Shown here piece after piece: positions 32,103 through 37,624 of a stretch of DNA of 37,624 bases; position 1 is the stretch's first letter, and every line of letters begins with the position of its first letter. Below the pieces are notes generated by a model. That model did no database searches. It was not told the origin of the DNA and saw only the letters and a program-made list of their open reading frames with translations. Position numbers and translations under genes: made by a program. This DNA is from Acidobacteriota bacterium (GTDB lineage: Bacteria > Acidobacteriota > UBA4820 > DSQY01): contig JARRNO010000066.1 of assembly GCA_037384885.1 (NCBI GenBank), forward strand, positions 1-37,624. Reading direction: 5' to 3'.

Positions 32103-35100
32103 TCAGCTTGCCGTCCGGGCCGCCCTCTTGCCGCCCCAGCGAAGGTAGAGCGCTGGAATGAGATTCGTGCTCAGGATGGAACTCCAGATGACTCCGCCGA
32201 GGATCACCAGGGCCAGTCCCTGCTCGGGTTCGGCCCCGAGCCCCCATCCAGCCGCCGTTGGGAGCATGCCGAGCGCCGCCGTGAGCGTGGTGAGGAGAAT
32301 CGGCCTGAACCGGACGCGGACGGCCTCCCGGACGGCTTCTTCGCGTCCCATGCCTTCTTTCTCGTTCCGGCGGGCCCTGTGAAGCAGGACGATATCGTGG
32401 TTCAGGCTGACGCCGATGAGGGTCAGCAGCCCCACGAGGCCCGTGGCGTTGAGCCCCACGCCGCTGATTTCCAGGGCGACAACTCCTCCGCTGAACGCGA
32501 GCGGCATTTCCAACAGGAGAAGGCCGGGAAGAAGGAATCCGTCGAACTGCAGCAGGAGGAGCCCGATCATGAGCAGCAGGGCGCCCGCTGCAGCGGCGCC
32601 GAGTCCCTCCGCGGCGTGCTCGAGGCTTGGGATCAAGCCCCCGAAGCTGATCCGGTATCCCGGAGGAAGCTTGAGCCCTTTCAGGGCCTTCCGGGCCGCG
32701 GAAACCGTAAAACTCAACGGACCGAGCGGAGTGGCCATGATCTGAAGAGCCCTTGCCCCATCGATGTGTCGGATCTCGTTCGGCCCGGCCTCCATTTTGA
32801 CGGCGGCCAGTTCGGAAAGGGGAGTCCATCCCTTCCGGGTCCGGATGAGCAGGGCGCCGAGCTCCGAGGGATCCATGTCCGGGGCGTGAAGAAGCCGGAG
32901 GTAAATATCCAGATGGTAGTTTCCTTCGGGGACCCTGGCGACGACGGAGCCCCCCAGGGCCGGCTTCAGCTGCTTGTAGAGGGATTCCGGCGTCAGGCCG
33001 TAGAGGGCGAGGGCGGATTCCCGCGGCTGGATCCGGAGCCGGGTGACCGGATAGGCGTCGTTGTTGAAAAGGTCGGTCAAGTCATGAACGCGCCGCAGGC
33101 GCTTCGTGATTCGAATCGAGAGCCGCCTGAGCGTCCGGATCCTGTTCCCGTAAAGTGTGACGGCAAAGGGCTGCGGCAAGCCTGACAGGCTCTCTCCGAG
33201 CCGCTCCACGGTTGGCGTGTCCACGCTTTGTTGCACGCCGTCAATCCTGCTTTCCCTCATCAGACGGGCCGCTATCCGATCCAGGCTCTTGACATTGACG
33301 CCGGGTTTGAGGCGGACCTGGATTTCTCCGGCGAAATTGGGCTCGGTATAGGAGGTGCCCGGGGCGGATCCGATACGGGTCAGCGTATGAGCCACGTCGG
33401 GATCGGACCGAAGCTTCGCCGTCAAGCGATTTACAGCGCGGCGCGTTTCTTTGAGCGCCGTTCCCGGTGGGAGGGTGAAGCTGTCCAGGAGAACCCCTTC
33501 ATTGGGAAGCGGCAGGAAGTTGAAGGGGACGAGAAAGAGAATCCCCACGCTGAGGGCCAGGAGCGCCGCCGCCAGTGAAAGGGACCAGCGGGGGTGCCGG
33601 ATGGTCACGTTCAGGATTCGTTCGTTCCAGTGCTCCAGCCAGTGAACAAACACCCTTCCCGGGGCTTTTACGGCGGAGTGGGGGGTGTTGATCAGGCTGA
33701 GGAGCAGGGGAATCAGCGTAAGGGAAACGGCAAGGGACGCCAGTAGGGAGAAGCCCATGGCCATCGCAAAGGGGATGAAAAAAAGCCCGGCGAGACCGCC
33801 GACGAATAGGAGCGGCAGAAACACGGCGACCGTGGTCAACGTCCCCGTGGCGTCCGGAGCAGCGATGTCGGCCAGTCCGAGACGGATTCCGTCATACCCT
33901 TCGAAGCCGTTTTCCCAACGGTGGTAGATGCTTTCCAAGACGATGATGCCGTCGTCCGCCAGGAGGCCGATTCCCACTGAAAGGGCCCCCAACGTCAGAA
34001 GGTTCAGGCTCTGCCCCAGCGCATAGAGGCATGCTATCCCGGTCAAGAGCGCCACCGGAATGCTGAGCGCCAGGATCCAGACGCCTCGGTGGATGCCGAG
34101 CAACCAGAAAAGGACGAGAATGGCGAGCAAGCCTCCGATCAGCAGGTCACGGCCCAAATCGTGGCCGATGAGCCCCACCAGGTGCCCCTGGCTGTAAATG
34201 CGAATCCATCGTGTGCCGGCCGGCAATTCGCCGGTCAACGACTTCAGCTTGTGCGCCACCTCGCGGGTCACGGGGAGCGTGGAAGCGCCGCTGTGCTTGA
34301 AAACCAGCATGGCGACCGTCCGGCGGCCGTCCAGGCGTTCCCCGCAACGTATGGGACGCGCCGTGTAGACGATGCGGGCGAGGGCGTTCAGCGGAATGGC
34401 CCCGGAGGGGGAATGGACCGCGATGGAAGCCAGGTCTGCGATGCGCCCCGGGAGATTTCTTGCCTGGATCAGGACATCCTGGCCGCCGAGTCTCACGTAG
34501 CCCGCGGGTCCCAGGACAACCTGCCGGCGAAGCGCATTTTCAAGCGCCGTCATGGAAACGCCGTGGCGCCTCATGGCCTCCAGCGAAGGCTGCACCCAGA
34601 GTGAGGGAGCTCCGCTGCCGAAGACTTCGACTCTCTGGACGCCCGGGAGAGCCCTGACGGCTGGGAGAATGCGCGTGATAACCGCACGCTGGGCATCCGC
34701 AGGCGCTACGGTGGCTGGAATCTCGAGAGCGTAGTCCGCTACCTCGTTGATGGCCGCACCCATGATTTCGGCATAGGGGTGCACCGTGGGCGGGAGCGAA
34801 CCCCGGGCCCTGTCTATGGCAGAGTACGCCGCCTGGAGATCCAGCTGTGCGCTGCTTCCGTTCCTGAACCTCGCATCCATTTCCAGCGTACCGGAACCCA
34901 TCACCGAACGCAGAGCCGACAGCTTGGGAAGAGCGAGCATCTGCCCTTCCAGCGGTCTGGCCACCAAGTTCTCCAGGTCCTCGGGTGTGGCGCCGGGGTC
35001 ATGGACGATGATGCTGATTTCGGGATAATCGAAGTGAGGCAGAACCTCCACCGGGATGCGCACCAGAGCGTACACGCCGGACAGCAGCAGGGCGCCGTAA

Positions 35101-35171
35101 ATCATGAGCCAAAGGACAGGTTTTTTGAAAAGCCGGGGCGGTTTGAGGGAGGGCGGCATGAAGGGATTCAA
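32103..35171 (-). CDS. RND efflux transporter permease (AcrB/CzcA superfamily)
   Basis: 1022 aa with a 12-TM RND layout and two large periplasmic loops (N-terminus PVLWLMIYGALLLSGVYALVRIPVEVLP, then LLADDGIIVLESI). The start is either the TTG at 35171 overlapping the MFP stop or the ATG at 35159. Confidence 0.88.
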   Translation of the reverse strand: MNPFMPPSLKPPRLFKKPVLWLMIYGALLLSGVYALVRIPVEVLPHFDYPEISIIVHDPGATPEDLENLVARPLEGQMLALPKLSALRSVMGSGTLEMDARFRNGSSAQLDLQAAYSAIDRARGSLPPTVHPYAEIMGAAINEVADYALEIPATVAPADAQRAVITRILPAVRALPGVQRVEVFGSGAPSLWVQPSLEAMRRHGVSMTALENALRRQVVLGPAGYVRLGGQDVLIQARNLPGRIADLASIAVHSPSGAIPLNALARIVYTARPIRCGERLDGRRTVAMLVFKHSGASTLPVTREVAHKLKSLTGELPAGTRWIRIYSQGHLVGLIGHDLGRDLLIGGLLAILVLFWLLGIHRGVWILALSIPVALLTGIACLYALGQSLNLLTLGALSVGIGLLADDGIIVLESIYHRWENGFEGYDGIRLGLADIAAPDATGTLTTVAVFLPLLFVGGLAGLFFIPFAMAMGFSLLASLAVSLTLIPLLLSLINTPHSAVKAPGRVFVHWLEHWNERILNVTIRHPRWSLSLAAALLALSVGILFLVPFNFLPLPNEGVLLDSFTLPPGTALKETRRAVNRLTAKLRSDPDVAHTLTRIGSAPGTSYTEPNFAGEIQVRLKPGVNVKSLDRIAARLMRESRIDGVQQSVDTPTVERLGESLSGLPQPFAVTLYGNRIRTLRRLSIRITKRLRRVHDLTDLFNNDAYPVTRLRIQPRESALALYGLTPESLYKQLKPALGGSVVARVPEGNYHLDIYLRLLHAPDMDPSELGALLIRTRKGWTPLSELAAVKMEAGPNEIRHIDGARALQIMATPLGPLSFTVSAARKALKGLKLPPGYRISFGGLIPSLEHAAEGLGAAAAGALLLMIGLLLLQFDGFLLPGLLLLEMPLAFSGGVVALEISGVGLNATGLVGLLTLIGVSLNHDIVLLHRARRNEKEGMGREEAVREAVRVRFRPILLTTLTAALGMLPTAAGWGLGAEPEQGLALVILGGVIWSSILSTNLIPALYLRWGGKRAARTAS

Positions 35172-36268
35172 TCCGGAGGCGTGTATGCTTTGGCGACATG
35201 ACGGTGAAATTCGAGATAGGCGTTTCTGACGACGACGCGTTCTCCTGGTCGAAGTCCTTTGAGGATCGTCGTGACGGATCCGGACCGGTCTCCCGGGATT
35301 ACGGCCTGCCGACGAGTTCCTGTCTTCCCGTGTATGAGGACATACCAGCGGCCTCCCCGGAGAATGAGCGCTGCGGTGGGAACGACGACCTGCTCTTGGG
35401 CCGCTCCCTTCAGCTGGAGCATGCCCGCTTCACCGGCAGGAAGACGGCTCCCATTCAGCGGCAGGCATCCCACGCCTTCTCCGCCGTCGGGACGCAGGGG
35501 GCTGGCAACGCTTCGGACGCTCACCGCCACGGCCGGACCGCCGCCGGCGGGTTGAAACGTTCCCTGCATTCCCGGGCGAATTTTAAACGCGATGGGCCCG
35601 TAAAAGGCCCCGTATACCCACAAGCTGTGTGGATTCTGAATCCGCAGCAGCACGGTTCCGGAGGTGACTGACTCGCCATCTTGGGCGCTTACTGAGGTTA
35701 CCGTACCGCCGGCGGGCGCTCTGATGACCGAGGCGAAGCGTAGAAGCGACACACGGCTCTCGTCGGCGTGAAAGATCGCCCTCGCTTCAGACAAGGAGGC
35801 TCTGGCCGCTAGGAGCGCCTGGAGGCTGCTGACGCCCGGGTAGGTCCGCTTGACCGCGCGCTCCTGTTTCGCGGCCAGGGACAGCTCGGCTTGAGCCCGC
35901 TGGAGGGCGGCGCGGCCTGCCGAGAGTTCCCGACGGTGCTCCGGCCCGGACAGCCGTCCGAGAACTTCCCCCTTTTGGACCCGCTCTCCCGGAATCACCC
36001 GGAACCCCTTCAAGGTGCCGTCCATAAGAACGCGTACAGGGACAAGGCCGATAGGGCGCACCATGGCGTAAGAGGAAAAACTGGGCGCCGTCTTTCTGAG
36101 GTGCGCGACAGCATACGGTTGGAGGGCGGCTGCGGGAAGGGTGAGAAAGAAGGCGGCGGCGGCAACGGGCCAGGCCGGGCGGTGGGGAGCAAACCTGTGC
36201 GGGGATGCTGTGGCGAGTGGGTCTGCTGAGAGGCGGAGAAGCGGGCGAAGTGGGCGCGGAACCATCAT
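35168..36268 (-). CDS. RND periplasmic adaptor (membrane fusion protein)
   Basis: 366 aa. Lipoyl/hairpin pattern (VQKGEVLGRL...AELSLAAKQERAVKR...IRAPAGGTVTSVSAQDGESVTSGTVLLRI). AGGAGG lies 4 nt before the ATG. Confidence 0.8.
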   Translation of the reverse strand: MMVPRPLRPLLRLSADPLATASPHRFAPHRPAWPVAAAAFFLTLPAAALQPYAVAHLRKTAPSFSSYAMVRPIGLVPVRVLMDGTLKGFRVIPGERVQKGEVLGRLSGPEHRRELSAGRAALQRAQAELSLAAKQERAVKRTYPGVSSLQALLAARASLSEARAIFHADESRVSLLRFASVIRAPAGGTVTSVSAQDGESVTSGTVLLRIQNPHSLWVYGAFYGPIAFKIRPGMQGTFQPAGGGPAVAVSVRSVASPLRPDGGEGVGCLPLNGSRLPAGEAGMLQLKGAAQEQVVVPTAALILRGGRWYVLIHGKTGTRRQAVIPGDRSGSVTTILKGLRPGERVVVRNAYLEFHRHVAKAYTPPD

Positions 36269-36381
36269 CAGGCCTCCTGACGGCTCTCAGAATGGCAGAC
36301 AAACCTTACCGCACCCTGACCTGAATCTCACATTTCGGTCATTTTTGCGTCCTTTCGCAGACGCGGGCGTCTCGGGGCGTC

Positions 36382-37624
36382 TCAATCCCGCTCATGCCGG
36401 GATGACAGCGGTTTCGATCGCCTCTTGGAAGCCCCGGCTGCCCGATTTTCAACCTTTTCCAGCCGGTCCTTCAGAGAGCGGTTCTCCTCGCGAATCTTTT
36501 CCAGATCCTCCCGCAGGGCGTTGAGTTCTTCGCCTGGAGTCTTCCCCTCCCTGAGGCTTCTTGCAATCCTGCGGCTCATGAGGACGAGCCGGCTGTCGGC
36601 CTCCCGGTTTCTCACAGTCTCGACGGCCTCCGCGGCGGCGGCCTCTCCGAGCGTTTCGAGGGCAGACATGGCCCCGAGTCTTGCGAAATAGTCCTCATCT
36701 CTCAGATAGGGCTCCAACTCCAGGCGCGCCTCGCCGCGCTGCGGATCACGTCCCTTAGACAACTCCGCCAGGGCGCGCATGGCGCTCATACGTCCCACCG
36801 GCCGGCCGCCCGGAGCCGCATTGGCGGCGAGGATGGGGAAGGCCCGGTCGTCCCTCAGGCCGGCCATTCCCATGAGAGAGTAGGCGCGAACGACGTCCGA
36901 GTGGCTTTCCTTCGCGGCGTTTTGTTTCAGGACATCGAACGCCTCAATCGCGCGTGTCTTTCCCAAGGCCAGGGAGGCCTCCGCCTCCACAAAGTAGGAC
37001 GGATCCGTCCCGGCGGCTTTGGCGAGTGCCGAGCCGGCCTCGTCATCCCGGAAGGCGCCCAGAGCTTTTGCGACGGCCCGGCGTACTTTGGGATGCTTGT
37101 GCTTCAAGCCCGCGATGAGAAAGTCGCGTGCGCGAAGCGAACCGTTCTTGCCCAGCGCAGAAGCAATTTCGACCGCGGCGCCCCAGAAGGGTTCCTTCAT
37201 CAGGGCTTTGCCGAGCGCCTCCACCGCTTCCACCGATCCGTTTCCCGCCAGCGCCTCCGCCGCGACGGCGCGGCCCAGCCAATCCGGGTCCTTCGTTAGC
37301 TGCGAGCGCATCAGGGCCAGGGGTTTCTTGAATTCCAAAGTCTTGACGATGTGGAAGCCCGGGTCGAAACGGACCACCACCGGCTTTTCCGGGAGAAAGA
37401 AAGTAAAGACGTGATTGGAAGAATCCACCTCTACCCGACGGTCCGTAACCTTCTTATTCCCCTGAAAGCGGATGACCACCGGCATCCTGAAGAGACCGGC
37501 GCCGTTTCCCAGCTTCTGCTTCTGGTCCACCGTGAGCGTGGCCGTTTTCGAAGAATCCTCCCAACCGAAGGAGACCTCGAACTCGGGGTAGCCGGCGCCG
37601 AAGATCCATTCATCGAAAAACCAT
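36382..37624 (-). CDS. M1-family aminopeptidase N-like protein, C-terminal part (5' end is outside the window)
   Basis: The reading frame is open to the window edge (WFFDEWIFGAGYPEFEVSFGWEDSSKTATLTVDQKQ...). It continues through HEAT-like repeats (HPKVRRAVAKALG) and a coiled-coil tail. The track start at 37530 is an internal GTG. Confidence 0.7.
   Translation of the reverse strand, partial: WFFDEWIFGAGYPEFEVSFGWEDSSKTATLTVDQKQKLGNGAGLFRMPVVIRFQGNKKVTDRRVEVDSSNHVFTFFLPEKPVVVRFDPGFHIVKTLEFKKPLALMRSQLTKDPDWLGRAVAAEALAGNGSVEAVEALGKALMKEPFWGAAVEIASALGKNGSLRARDFLIAGLKHKHPKVRRAVAKALGAFRDDEAGSALAKAAGTDPSYFVEAEASLALGKTRAIEAFDVLKQNAAKESHSDVVRAYSLMGMAGLRDDRAFPILAANAAPGGRPVGRMSAMRALAELSKGRDPQRGEARLELEPYLRDEDYFARLGAMSALETLGEAAAAEAVETVRNREADSRLVLMSRRIARSLREGKTPGEELNALREDLEKIREENRSLKDRLEKVENRAAGASKRRSKPLSSRHERD

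Noticed and set aside
32073-33185. 370-aa plus-strand ORF antisense to the RND transporter 3' end
   Set aside because: It is a shadow ORF. The minus strand encodes a continuous 1022-aa RND permease.
1-37624. CRISPR arrays, IS or transposase genes, integrases, phage genes, rRNA and tRNA
   Set aside because: No regularly spaced direct repeats, no inverted-repeat-flanked transposase-like ORFs, and no recombinase motifs were seen in any frame of the ORF track or in the intergenic regions.

Overview
High-GC bacterial chromosomal segment (GC judged by eye, not computed) that is densely coding and mostly housekeeping. All product calls come from motifs read in the supplied translations; no database search was possible.

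Gene content, left to right:
- Minus-strand chemotaxis operon: PLP Cys/Met enzyme, amidohydrolase, cheR, MCP, cheW, cheY, cheA, cheC, then a small membrane gene.
- Plus-strand hisS-aspS-coaBC-UDG4 operon.
- Minus-strand operon of a pseudokinase-TonB_C protein, glnA and a DUF1318 gene.
- pyrK-pyrD-pyrF, followed by a radical SAM/SPASM gene.
- A GT2 glycosyltransferase and rsgA.
- An NfnA/SudB-like plus NfnB/GltD-like pair, where the large subunit carries a C-terminal GXGXG beta-helix domain.
- msrA, a GAF-PP2C phosphatase, ada, an RND efflux pair, and the 3' part of an M1 aminopeptidase.
- I saw no rRNA, tRNA, CRISPR array or mobile element.

Most interesting signal: the 540-bp gap at 18991-19533.
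- On the minus strand it holds two near-consensus sigma54 (-24/-12) promoters.
- Each is followed about 50-65 nt later by a canonical intrinsic terminator, with no ORF in between.
- The two predicted tiny RNAs share a C/U-rich anti-Shine-Dalgarno core.
- Two tandem 20-bp imperfect dyads between the promoters look like enhancer-binding-protein sites.
- The seeds are perfectly complementary over 13 nt and 12 nt to the ribosome-binding sites of two genes in this same window: the DUF4190 membrane protein gene and the GAF-PP2C phosphatase gene. There is also a 10-nt match at msrA.

Second theme: an unusual number of disrupted genes.
- hisS has an internal deletion.
- The GAF-PP2C gene is spread over three frames.
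- The GT2 gene has an in-frame TAG.
- The small membrane gene has a homopolymer frameshift.
- Together these point to either assembly problems or real gene decay.
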